Below, one piece after another: positions 49,703 to 61,815 of a stretch of 64,000 nt of DNA (the first letter of the stretch is position 1; the number at the start of each line of letters is the position of its first letter). The stretch is from Anthoceros angustus (Eukaryota > Plantae > Anthocerotophyta), in assembly GCA_010909165.1 (NCBI GenBank), contig MU008184.1, positions 1 to 64,000 on the forward strand. Reading direction: 5' to 3'. The notes under the pieces are model-generated. The model was given only the letters and a program-made list of their open reading frames with translations. It was not told the DNA's origin and searched no databases. Position numbers and translations under genes: made by a program.

Positions 49703-50713
49703 GAGAAGGTTAAGCATGAATTTCGGTTCCACCTTACAATCTCATGGCATACATCTGCTGCGCCAGTTTCCAGGGGAAAGACGGATCTTTCGGGATGGTG
49801 TATGGATGTGCTGTCGGTTGACTGCGCCAGCTTGGGATCCCTGTACCAATAGTAGAGCATGGGGGACTTACAACCTCCTACAATTTTGATCAAGAGGAGC
49901 TCTCGGCAGTTGGCCAGCAGTCAATGCAAGGTAAGGCTCTCCCTCTTTTCTCCACCTCTGCAGAGGTTATATGATGGAGGCAGTGCTGAAAATGCGAGGT
50001 TGGTCAGAAGTTTAGCAGGTTGGGTTCCAGTGATGGTAGTACCTGAACTCCACAGCAAATAGTGGTCCCCATCAAGGAAGACACCTTGTATGTGCGATCC
50101 AGTATCGGAGAGAAAAACTCGCCGAGTCAAAGGCAGACTCCGCATCTGTAACTCTATGCACTATTCAGTGAAATTGTAATTTCAATTATTCATTCTTTTA
50201 GAGGCTGACTACGATGGGGCTACAGTGTTGGGCTCCCCTCGCAGAAAAGTTTAAATGTTTTAACGGTGGAATATATTATATTTTTACAGAAAGTAAAATA
50301 TTCTCCTTGAATTGGGCACTTTTTACATGAGTGCGTGATACATTTATGACCCTCGTTCTTTCCCATAGGTATGTATAAGTCCAAATGGCTAAGCCCAAAT
50401 GGACACACATTTATAAGAACTTCGTGATTAAGCATCCTGAGCTTAGATCGGTATTTAGATGGGGTGCCTGAAGGGAGTAGATGCCCTTGGTGCAAGTAGC
50501 TTAGGCACACCATGGTACAAGTTGTTAAGTACCAAGTCCCATGACGGAAATCCGTCCGTAGTGGACTTAAATAAAATTCTTCTTCTTCTTCTATACTGTT
50601 AAGGTTTATAAACCCAAGTGTTTAGAACTAGAAGACTATATAAAATTTTTATTCTTGGGCCCACTTGCTTACCAAAGCTGGCTAACACTAAGTAATCTTT
50701 AATCACATTCAAG

Positions 50714-51020
50714 CAAATGTGAAAAGAAGAGCGAGATCAGTAATTGGCTAGAGAACCCGAAATATTGGCAATTGTTGCCAATGGTTCAAGGAGAACCCGA
50801 AGTATTGGCAATTGTTGCCAATGGTTCAAGGAGAACCCGAAGCATTCGCAATTGTTGCCAATGGTTCAAGGAGGTGTGAAAAGAAGACTGAGATCAATAA
50901 TTGGCTAGAGAACCCGAAGCATTTTCAATTGTTGCCAATGGTTCAAGGAGGTGCGAAAAGAAGACCGGGATCAATAATTGGCTAGAGAACCCGAAGCATT
51001 GGCAATTGTTACCAATGATT
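50714..51020. repeat. Higher-order repeat B-A-A-A-B-A-B-A (A = 40 bp with internal palindrome, B = 37 bp)
   Basis: A = GAGAACCCGAAGCATTGGCAATTGTTGCCAATGGTTCAAG at 50751, 50791, 50831, 50908 and 50985. B = GAGGTGTGAAAAGAAGACTGAGATCAATAATTGGCTA at ~50714, 50871 and 50948. Confidence 0.95.
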
Positions 51021-52694
51021 CTATTTCTAATGCTAACCCTTAGATGACGGAGGGGGGTAATAGTAGAAACACAAGCACGTTGTTCCTCGTCATTTTGAGG
51101 TTAACGGTCTACTGTTAATCCCTATTTACTTGCTTACTATCTCATCAAAAGTATGGTTTGTCTTGTTCTTTTTTCTGACACTAGGACAATTACCATCATT
51201 CGGAAAACTTAAGAATCGTGTAATCTCCAACAATTTCTCACCTCTACCAATTTCTGCATGCAAGTTGATGATTGTTTTGAGAGGTCGTAAGTGTGGGACG
51301 GGAAGGGGAATCTTTGCGTGGTTTATGCTAATATGAAGAAGGTGTTTTGATATAATTTGGGGAGGCTAGGAGGCTGATGTCCCTCACCTTGCCATGGATT
51401 CACATTATTCATTGAGCAATCCCACTAATTCCTACAATTTCTGAAAGAGCCCGAGCTCCCCTTCCCGACTATGTTTGTTGACCCATGTGAGTTAAGCAAC
51501 CCACTCCAAAACTGCACGCATGAACCTTGCATACCTGTCTCTGGAGGGCAGCCTATGTACGTGAAAGTGGGAGAGTAGGCTGCCACGCCTACATGTAGGC
51601 ACTAAGCAGCTCTTGGTGGAACCCCACGGTGGTCTAAACCACCCTGGTTCTTCTATAGTTTGAGAGCATCTTTCACATCCTGATCACTCTGAGTAACATC
51701 ACTATCGATATGGTAGGGTGAGCATTTTGTATAAAGGCTTATAGGAAATCTCAATCTCGGTTCAACATTCTATCAAAAAGAATTTTACAAGAAAAATTCA
51801 CAATGAAAACATAATCGCGGTTGAATGTGTCCAAAGACAAAATAAGTAGGTTTGTGATTAGGGGTTTAGCCAACAAAAAGACATGTTAGAAGACTAGAAA
51901 ACTTATTGCAAACTTTCTAAGGATGCAATCGAACCAACTCTTAAGAGAAGGGAAAAGCTCTTAAAACAAGGAAAGAATAGTGAAGGAGAGGGGAAAGCAT
52001 ACTAATTGGTCTGGTGCAGACTATTAGCCTCCTATTGGGGCTGCTATGAAGACCCCAGAATCTTTGCAAATACATGCAATATGTTACTTGAAGAGAGTCC
52101 ATAAGAAACCAAGTGTGAGTGTTAGTCCCCATGAACACCTCACCAGGGGAAGTATATGTACTTATGGTCTACATAGCAAGAAGAGTATTGCCAAAATATG
52201 CTAGGATTGTTAAGGATCTTATGATGTGCTACTCAGTACATCATAGGATAGAATATCTATATATTAAAATCTACTTCCACAGCAAGTAAGCTTCTTGAAA
52301 ATTGGGGGAACAAGGTACTTACAAGGCCCATATTAATATGATTGTATATATTCCTTCTTCCCTTACCATCAATAGTGACCAAACAAGTATCTATCTAATC
52401 CTATCGATGGTTTAATGACTTGAGAATAAAAAGATGCAAGTCATAAACAGATGCAAGCATGTTGCCAACACATTACGACTATGATTTCTTCATCATCGAA
52501 AGAGAAGCTTCTTTATTTACAAGTCATATTTCTAGGCATAACAAAAAAATCAATACCCACGAAATATGATGGCAATCGTAGGGGAAGGTTCTAACAAACC
52601 ATCCATCAACCAATCATTTTGCTTTTGAGCAAACCATTAGTCTACCATGAAGACATTGAAAGATTTTCCTTTCAACATTCTAATTTCATATTAT

Positions 52695-53028
52695 CATAGC
52701 CGCAAGAATGGGGTTGGCCTCCCCCTTTCTTGTATTGTTGCTTTTTTCCGGCAGAGGGTTTCCATTGCTTTGCAGAGGGCGTTGATCAACGCAGTGTACA
52801 GAACGACAGCGAGCACGGGAGATGCAGCTTCTTCAACACCGGTAGTAAGTAGGCCTTTTCACATCCCTGACCACGAAGTTCTTCAGGCGGTTGGTAATTT
52901 TGAAATGCATGATCGTGGGGGCTAGTCCCCCTGGCTTGGTGCCCTTCGTTGAGTTTTTCCCCCTTTGTTTTTGGGGTGGATGTGTTTTTTCCATCTCGTT
53001 TTTATAATAAGGTATTCTTTTCATATTT
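52695..53028 (+). mobile_element. 5'-truncated non-LTR retrotransposon (CRE/RLE-type C-terminus)
   Basis: AFFRQRVSIALQRA is the C-terminal motif of RLE-bearing LINEs. Short 3' UTR with TATAATAA. Flanked by the 12-bp direct repeat ATTTCATATTAT (52683-52694 and 53029-53040). Confidence 0.65.
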
Positions 53029-53990
53029 ATTTCATATTATGAAGCTGAAGTTGAAACATTATGTTTGTCGGAAAATCTAAAAACGATATGACTTATCGAT
53101 TATGTTGTTGGTCCATGCACAAGTCTTATGAATTTAGATTGCATGACAAAAAGATTTCCTTTTATATGTGTTACATTTGTCCTTGTTTATTGTACCATCA
53201 AGTTGCAACCAGCAGGATATAATAATAGTCATTCAAGCATGAATCTAGAAACAGAATTCAGCGAATGCCTTAAATTTGGGATGTGTTAAAGAGTAGCTAG
53301 ACAAAGCTGAGATTCTTTTTGTGAAATCGTATTTTGGGATTGAGAAGTTGATAGACTTATTTGCAATTGGTTGTCAAGTTCTTGAAAACATGTCAAGCAT
53401 ATGAATATTTTAATATCGACAGGTTGAATTGCAACAAGAATCTTAAGAGCATTCATACTAGCCTTTCAGATAGAGTCAATGGAAATCAATAAATTAAGTC
53501 TTTTTTTAATTTATAACTGCAGCTGCTGGAGATGTACAATTTGAGAAACTTATATACGTGATGTTGTTGCCATGGTTGATGAAGAAACTGAAATTATTCA
53601 GTAGTTATAGAGAATTGCTTGTATGTTGCAACAAATAGTGCATTTGAATTAAATGTAAAATCTAATAGGTTGGAGCAATCAAAAAACAAATTAGGCCGCG
53701 TCAACGAGGTTGAATGAAAGATGCTACTTTGCGATATATTTGGAAAAATCTAAGCACCTCAACTTCTTAGGTGACTGAGCTGCATTGCTTTAGGTGAGAA
53801 GGGAACTTCCCTCTTGCTGTTGGTACCTTTGGAAGAAGCTTGAAAAAATAAAAGCATCTCAACTTCTTAGATGACTCCAACTTTAGATCTTAGTTGAAAC
53901 AATATCAGGTGAAAAGAATATTATCATGTAGTTATCTGTCCCTGCATAAACAGATGTTTATATTTTTAGATATCGTAGGTTCTCAACGTT

Positions 53991-54082
53991 AGCTCAAACA
54001 ATCCTATGAGCGTGTCCAAGCTCAAAAAATCCCATGAGCGTGGCCAAGCTAGCGAATCCCATGAGCGTGGCCAAGCTAGCGA
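53991..54082. repeat. Minisatellite, ~28 bp x 3
   Basis: AATCC(C/T)ATGAGCGTG(G/T)CCAAGCT repeated three times. Confidence 0.85.
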
Positions 54083-54379
54083 TCATTTACAGACACGGGC
54101 CGGTTCTCTAGAGGGAAAAGTCACCGTAATCTAGTTACGAACAAACCTCTACAGAGTTCTTAGCATATTGTTATCTAGACACGGAAAATAATGATAGCTC
54201 GTATGATAGGAAGGCCATATCATCATTTATAAGGAAAGGGATGGACTGATATTGGCTTGTGTGATAGGAAGGGCAAAAGGACGGACCAAAAATTGACAGA
54301 TTAACCATAGAGTTCCAATGAACTCCTGACTTCCATATCACTCCTCAAGGGAGGACCTCGTAAGTGATTTCTCCCATTC

Positions 54380-54670
54380 CAAAGTGGTGTGTTCTCTCGT
54401 TCAAAGATGATTATCCAATAATATTTCTATTTTTATCCACTAAAGGTATAGGTATGTGAAAGTGGCGCTTTTTCTTGCTCGCAAATGATTATCTAATATA
54501 ATAATTATAATTTATATATATGTACTAAAGCTGTATAGCACTTGAAAGTTACATATTCTCTCATAGAATGATTATCCAAAAATAATTAAAAATAATATTT
54601 TACATTAAATAAAATATTGATCTTAGAGCACGCGCAACACGTTCTCTCTAGAATGGTTATCCAATAACAA
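54380..54670. repeat. Degenerate ~82-bp tandem repeat x 4
   Basis: ATG(A/G)TTATC(C/T)AA core at 54407, 54485, 54568 and 54653. Confidence 0.6.
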
Positions 54671-56627
54671 TAACATATTTTTATTCACATATATTTTGAG
54701 GTAGACCTTTAATTGGCACCTTTTATAGGAGATCGAGGATGATTAATAAGAGTCATGGAGTCGAACACATGACCTTCTGGATTTCTCAGGGAAGTGCCAC
54801 CTCAAACAAATTCAGCTTTTCTAATGTCAAAATGATAAATCGCGTCTTGACAGGAAGTCAATCTTCAAAATTATTTCAAGTTCTACACAGGCCATGGTTC
54901 TCGTGCCCGTGGCGAGGACCAGTTGATAGAGGACCATAGGTAGATGCTTCGTCCAAAACCGTATGATGTCTGTTCTCCGCAATGATGTGGCCTTACGAGA
55001 TGTACCGTCGGACGTAGGTATGGATGACAATGTGTAGTCGGTGCCGAGAGCAATACATATATGCCATATATATTTGTTTTATTTATATTTATGTGTACAC
55101 ACAAATACATACTTATATGTTCTTGCTTTTGTCCTATTGTATACCAAAAGGTGCATAAATTTCTCCAATTAAGTACGTGTTCTTCTTCCACTGGAATTGT
55201 ACCCGACAATACTTACATTTCAGCCCCAAACTTATCTAGCAATACTTGCAATTCAAGTCCAAATAATTGTCCTCCCTTCAGCAGTGACAATCTACAAGTG
55301 GGTCTATTAGAACTCCACGGTGGATCACTCCGGGGCTACGGTGCTACACATCCGTGTTGAAACAAAAGCCGATTATATATCTCGTAATTAAACGTACAAT
55401 GGTGTTGCAGACTGGGAAAACGTTTCGTAAAACGTGCAGCCGTTGCACGACTGCGGGTTGCCGAATGGGGCGTCTGGGATCGGACCAGCTGGTACATACC
55501 GTGATCGCTTTTGCAAGCTTTTGCAAAAGTAGATATGCATATGCATGCTTGATGATGCGGGCTTGGGCTTGGGCTTGGGCCTGGGAGCCTGGGAGCCTGG
55601 GAGCCTGTGGAGCCTGTGGAGCCTGTGGAGCCTGTTGTAAGCTATCAGATTTTAGTACAGAAATGCTGGTCTAACGCACGCAAGCTAAAGAGGGTACGTT
55701 CACCAACTGGGAAAGCGGCATGATGGCACGTTTAGGCATTGAAAGCTGCAAAGGCAGCCGTAGCCTGCGTTAAGTTTCAGAGAAGAGCGACCGGCGGTTG
55801 CACCTGCTGTTCTGCCCTCTCCCCCCTCTCCATTAGCCTTGCATTATTGCACATACATACTTACAAACAGACCCCCACACCAGTCCAGTCGTCCAGACTG
55901 ATCTGGTCCCCGGAGATGGCATCGCAGCCGAAACTGCTGGCCCCAGGGGCCCAGGCTTATGGATAAGTGAATCATTCGTTCCCCTTTCCCCGTCGTGTCG
56001 GCTGCTCTCTCTCTTTCCCGCCAACAGTAGCAGTGGGTGCTAAGCTTGCAAGTTCGGGAACTCTCCAGAAAGCTGCTCGTCACGAGTTGCATTAAAGAGG
56101 CAAGCAGGACATGTTCTCCCATCCCCTCCCTAGGCTCGCAAGGCCGGCTGGCCTTCATTACCCTCCCTCCAACTAACGTGCCCAGCCACGAGCCTTAAAG
56201 AGGGGAGAGACGCCGATCGAGCATCGAGCATCGAGCATCGAGCTGTAGCACACTCTGCTCTGCCACCCGGTCCTGACCAGCTGCACACTCCATGCTTTGC
56301 CAGGTCCCCAATCGAGCGTCGCCTCCCTCTCTGTTCCTCTGCGAGTTGTACACGTCCGTTCTCAATTAAGGAGCGTCGGGAGTGGCAGTCACACCACCAA
56401 GCTCTGCAGGCTGAGCCTGACGGAAGTCGCGGATCAAGTTCGTGTCTTTGCATCGATGCTCCCCGCTGCTCCGCTGCCGGGGTCCCGGCCTCGGCTGGCT
56501 ATGTAGCTAGCGCTAATTCAATGTTCCATGATCACTTATGTGCAGCAGCCGGCTGAAGGAGATTTCGTTCTTGCAAGCCGAGGGATGCGATGAGGAAGTG
56601 ATTTCCGACGAGATTGACAGAGTTTTG

Positions 56628-58389
56628 ATGCTGGAGGGAGGAGGTGGGCGGGATATGGCGCCCCTGCTGCATGCTGACGGGGAGATGAATGGCTCTGGTG
56701 GGCGCAGCGGGCAGGAAGAGCGGAATATGCATATCGCGAGGCTGATCGCGTCCCCGGCAGTGGCCATCAAGATCAGGCAGAAGCTCCCGGACCTGCTGCA
56801 GTCGGTGAACATGGCGCACGTGAAGCTGGGCTACCACCGGGTGATCTCCCACGGCATCATGCTGCTGCTGCTGCCGCTTTTGATCGTGGTGTTCGCGGAG
56901 ATGGGGCGGATGGGGATGGACGGCCACGCCGTTCTGCAGCTGTGGCAGAAGGTGGAGTACAACCTGGTGAGCGTGATGCTGTGCACGGGCTCGCTCATCT
57001 TCGCCGCCACGCTCTACGGCATGTCGCGGCCCCGGGCGGTGTACCTGGTGGATTTCGCCTGCTACCGGCCTCACGACAAGTACCAGGTCACGCACGAGCG
57101 CTACATCCAGTGCTTGCGCGCGGCCGGGACCTTCTCGCCGGAGAACCTCGAGTTCCAGAGGCGCATCGTGGAGAGGTCGGGGCTCGGGCAGAAGACGTAC
57201 CTGCCCACCGCCATCCTGTCAGAGCCCCCAAGAACCACCATGCGGGAGGCCAGATTGGAGGCCGAGGAAGTCATGTTCAACATGCTGGACGACCTGTTCG
57301 CCAAGACCGGGGTGAAGCCCAAGGACGTGGCCATTTTGGCGGTGAACTGCAGCCTCTTTAATCCCACCCCTTCCCTCTCGTCCATGATCGTCAACCACTA
57401 CAAGATGCGCTGCAACATCAAGAGCGTGAACCTGGGCGGGATGGGATGCAGCGCCGGCCTCATCTCCATCGACCTTGCCAAAGATCTCCTCCAGGTTTGT
57501 GGTTTAATCCGTGTCTTCACAGACCTGTTCCCTTCACTTCAGTTCAATTCAAAATGAGACATTGGAAGTGCTCGTGTAGGTGCACCCCAACTCGTATGCC
57601 GTGGTGGTGAGCATGGAGAATCTCTCCCTGGCGTGGTACTTCGGCAACGATCGCTCCATGCTGGTGTCCAACTGCATTTTCCGGATGGGCGGGGCGGCGA
57701 TCCTGCTTTCCAACAGGCGGCGAGACAGGCGCACAGCCAAGTACCAGCTGGTGCATACGGTGCGGACGCACAAGGGCGCGGATGACAGATCCTACTACTG
57801 CGTGTACCAGAAGGAGGACAGGGAGAGCGACGACACCGGGCCCGGGGCGAGGGAAATCGGGGTTTCGCTGAGCCGGGATCTGATGAGCGTGGCGGGGGAT
57901 GCGCTCAAGACGAACATCACCACGCTGGGGCCGCTGGTGCTGCCGTTGTCGGAGCAGCTGCTCTTCTTCGTGTCGCTGGTCACCAGGAGGTTCTTCAACC
58001 CCAAGGCGAAGCCCTACATCCCGGACTTCAAGCTGGCGTTCGAGCACCTGTGTATCCACGCGGGAGGGCGGGCCGTGCTGGACGAGATGGAGAAGAATCT
58101 GAGCCTGACGGAGTGGCACATGGAGCCCTCGCGCATGACGCTCTTCAGGTTCGGCAACACCTCCAGCTCCTCGCTCTGGTACGAGCTGAGCTACACCGAG
58201 GAGAAGGGCCGGGTGAAGCGCGGCCACCGGCTGTGGCAGATCGCCTTCGGCTCAGGGTTCAAGTGCAACAGCGCCGTGTGGCGCGCCTTGCGCACCATTC
58301 CCCCGGATTCTGGAAACAGCGCCTGGTCGGACTGCATCCACAAATTCCCTGTCGACCTCACCAGGCTCGCTGCCAAGACTTCTCAATAA
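56628..58389 (+). CDS. KCS: 3-ketoacyl-CoA synthase (VLCFA elongase condensing enzyme), 2 exons
   Basis: LPDLLQSVN, two hydrophobic N-terminal helices, [15 protein letters not shown] (Cys), HAGGRAVLD (His), FGNTSSSS (Asn), [13 protein letters not shown]. Intron 57495-57579 (LLQ|VHP). Start codon uncertain (56538, 56628, 56655 or 56685). Confidence 0.95.
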
Positions 58390-58978
58390 CGCCCTTCCCA
58401 CTGGCCTTCACATCTCTCCTCAATTCATTTTCAGGCTGCTGATTTCTTCTCCATCACGTCCTGTAAGCCTGATGCTAGCAGCTCTCATAGCTCTCATTTC
58501 TCAAACTCCAAGAAGCCGGAGGATGGACTACCACACTACTTCCTTCCTCCGCCATGCTTGTGCAGCAAAGATTATGTTCAACTCCGGCTGTTCCTCCTGT
58601 CCCTGTTCGTGAACGGCAGATAAGGTCATCTTCACATTTAGGTATGGAGCAAGATTGTGACACGTTTTTTCATTGCACCTTGCTACATGGATGCAATTGC
58701 AAGGAAATGAAATAAGATACAAAAAATAAAATAAAGTTGTGAGGTTCTGCTATCCTCAGTCTCTCGCACTCCAATCTCACTGTTGGAAATGAGAATGTGA
58801 GATGTGAGTGGGAGATTGGCATGAGGTGGATCAGAACCTGACAAGCTTTTTTACGACAATTCGCTCTCCCATCAAATCCATCATCCGCGAGACAGGGCTA
58901 TCTATATCTACAGAGGGGACTCGATTTGCCATTGCACACATTCAATGGCAGCAACAGCAGCAGTAACGGTAATGGGGA

Positions 58979-60544
58979 TCAGGCATCCGCAATGGAAACA
59001 GACCTAGGGACCGGTACAGGGAGTTTGTCAATGCAGTCGGCCCACGGGCCAGTTGCAGGGCGCTTGACTGCTCGGAGCGCTCTCCAGACTGCACTGTTGC
59101 ACTTGAAGCCGGAGCCGAATGCGATCTGCCACACGCGGTCGCCCTTTCGGACTCGGCCCTTGGCTTCCGTATAGGCTAGTTCGTACCACAGCGAGCTGCT
59201 GGAGGTGTTCCCGAATCTGTAGAGCGTCATTCGAGAAGGCTCCATGTGCCACTCTGTGAGCTTCAAGTTCCTTTCGAGCTCGTCCAGAACGGCTCTCCCT
59301 CCTGCATGAATGCAGAAATGCTCGAACGCAAGCTTGAAATCGGGAATGTACTCCTTGATGTTCCTCCTGAACACCTTCCGGGCAACCCAAGTGGCGAAGA
59401 AGAGGAATTGTTCCGAGAAGGGAAGAACCAATGGGCCAAGAGTAGTGATGTTGGTCTTCAGAGCACTACCAGCCACAGCCATGATGTCCTTGGAAAGTGC
59501 AACGCCGAGTTTGCCAGACTCGTCCTCCTCTTGGTAAACACAAGAGTAGCACTTGTCCACAGCACCTTTGTGGGTCCTGACTGAGGTCAACAGCTGATAC
59601 TTGGCACGCCTCCTTTCGGACTTCTTGTTGGAGAGCAGGATGGCAGCCCCACCCATGCGGAAAATACAGTTGGACACCAGCATAGATCGGTTGTTCCCGA
59701 AGTACCAGTTCAAGGTGATGTTCTCCATGCTCACTACGATTGCATACGAGTTTCCATGAACCTGCAGGAGATCACTGGCCAGGTCTATGGCTATGATCCC
59801 CGCGCTGCACCCCATACCACTCAGATTGAGGCTGCAAATGTTGCCCCGCATTTTGTAGTGGTTGACAATCATGGCTGACAGAGAAGGGGTGGGATTGAAC
59901 AAGCTGCAGTTCACCACCAGGATGCCAATGTCCTTGGGCCTCACCCCCGTCTTTTCGAACAGCTCATCCAAAGCACCAAACATCACAGTCTCTGCCTCCA
60001 GCCGGGCTTCTTGCACGCACGGGTTTGGTGGAATTCTGATCACAGCCGGAGGAAGGTAGGTCTCTTGCCCAAGCCCCGACCTTTCAATAATCTTCCTTTG
60101 GAATTCAAGGTTGTCTTCAGTGAACGTTCCTGCAAGCTTGGAGCACTTCATGAACAGCTCCCTGGGAACCTTGCGTTCGTCATCAGGCTTATAGCATGCA
60201 AAGTCCACCAGATAGACGGGCCGTCGTCTCAACATGAAGAACAACGTTCCTCCAAATACCAGAGCACCAGAGCACACAAGCACACTGATGAGATTGAACT
60301 GCAGGTGCTCCCAGAGCTGCTGAACATCCTCCTTCCCAAACCTGGCAATCCACGCTACCACCAGCAGCAGCACAGGCACCATGAAGACAAACACGGCATT
60401 GGTGATGAAGTAATGGTAGCCCAGCTTCACATACTTGAGATTGACAGACTGCAGAAAGTCAGGCAACCGCTGCCTCATTCTGATGACAACAGTGGAGTCT
60501 CCTCCGTTCATGGCACCGCTACTCTTGGCCTGCTTGGCATCCAT
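58979..60544 (-). CDS. KCS: 3-ketoacyl-CoA synthase, intronless CDS, 521 aa
   Basis: [43 protein letters not shown] and [16 protein letters not shown] in one uninterrupted ORF. Confidence 0.97.
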   Translation of the reverse strand: MDAKQAKSSGAMNGGDSTVVIRMRQRLPDFLQSVNLKYVKLGYHYFITNAVFVFMVPVLLLVVAWIARFGKEDVQQLWEHLQFNLISVLVCSGALVFGGTLFFMLRRRPVYLVDFACYKPDDERKVPRELFMKCSKLAGTFTEDNLEFQRKIIERSGLGQETYLPPAVIRIPPNPCVQEARLEAETVMFGALDELFEKTGVRPKDIGILVVNCSLFNPTPSLSAMIVNHYKMRGNICSLNLSGMGCSAGIIAIDLASDLLQVHGNSYAIVVSMENITLNWYFGNNRSMLVSNCIFRMGGAAILLSNKKSERRRAKYQLLTSVRTHKGAVDKCYSCVYQEEDESGKLGVALSKDIMAVAGSALKTNITTLGPLVLPFSEQFLFFATWVARKVFRRNIKEYIPDFKLAFEHFCIHAGGRAVLDELERNLKLTEWHMEPSRMTLYRFGNTSSSSLWYELAYTEAKGRVRKGDRVWQIAFGSGFKCNSAVWRALRAVKRPATGPWADCIDKLPVPVPRSVSIADA

Positions 60545-61450
60545 CTCTCAGTCCCAACCAACCCAAACCAGCCCTCCACAAAGGATCACCCCACTAGAGC
60601 TCCTGCAATGGCTTTTGAGCTGGGCAACTGTTCCTCACATTTATATATCCCCTACGCATGATGGGAAGCATGGTCAAAATGAAAGCAGCATGATGGAGAA
60701 CGAATCAAATCAGAAACCTCTAGGGGTACCATGACACACACATAGCTCAATGATGGGCTCCAGGAAAAGATTAGGTGAGATGAGACACGGACAGAGGTGG
60801 ACAGCACTGGCGGTGCCTTACCACAGCTCCACGCGACACAAACAAGCCGGTAGTACAATGCTCGCTAGATAAATGCGAGACTGTTTGGAGTACACCGCAG
60901 CGTCGGCAAACTTGACCTCCCACCGACCCAGGTCCTTGCACCCCGAGGTGCTATAAGGTAGGAGAAAGAGGTCCTGGGCGATGACGAACCACAGGCATTG
61001 CTGTACATGCAGGTCCTCTGCCACCAGCTCCCCCGGCAGATCTGTGCTCAGCAACAACCGATCTGCAAGTTGCATCCCCTGCAGCAGCCAAGGAAGCAGA
61101 CAGACACGCAGGCAGGCAGGCGCGCAGGCAAAACCAGCTCAAGACCCGCCAGCCGTGCATCCAGATACTGCAGATGTACTGCGCGTGCTGCAATGCGCTG
61201 GCGAGCCTACAGACGCAGTCACATGTGATCCAGGGCAGAAGCAAGAAGCCTCTGTCTGGCCCTCGAAGTGGCTGCCGGCCCTCTCTCTCCGCGCATTTGC
61301 CTCTCCCCACACTCCGCTTCGTTCAAAATGTTGGCCGCCTAAATAGCACGTTGTGTGTTTAACTCCATGCATGCTTCACGTCCATCGGACACCAAACGGT
61401 TCCACCTTGTCCGCAGCAGCTCACCACCTAGTCATATATGAACGCTTCCT

Positions 61451-61665
61451 ACAAAAATCACGAGGAAGGACACAAACTTCACAGCTGTAATTTACAAAAT
61501 ATAGCCCACAGAAATCACGAGAAAGGACACAAATTTCACAGCTGTAATTACAAAATATAGCCAACAGAAATCACGAGAAAGGAAACAAACTTCACAGCTG
61601 TAATTTACAAATACAGCCTACAGGAATCACGAGAAGGAAACAAACTTCACGGCTGTAATTTACAA
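61451..61665. repeat. Minisatellite, ~56 bp x 4, between the PHYLLO stop and the KCS upstream region
   Basis: AATCACGAG(A/G)AAGGA(C/A)ACAAACTTCACAGCTGTAATTTACAA repeated four times. Confidence 0.9.
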
Positions 61666-61815
61666 GTAGAAGATGACACAAGAAGGCTCCGCAGATGTCA
61701 AAGATCGGTAGGTAGACAGATGGAAGCAAATTAGGACCTAACACAACGGGCCAGATTCGTAAGACGAGCTAAATTCCCATTACCTACCTAGTTTGAGAAT
61801 GACATGCAGGAGACA

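Noticed and set aside
50714-51020. CRISPR array (palindromic repeats)
   Set aside because: Repeats are directly adjacent or separated by the same B unit. There are no unique spacers, no cas genes, and the context is eukaryotic.
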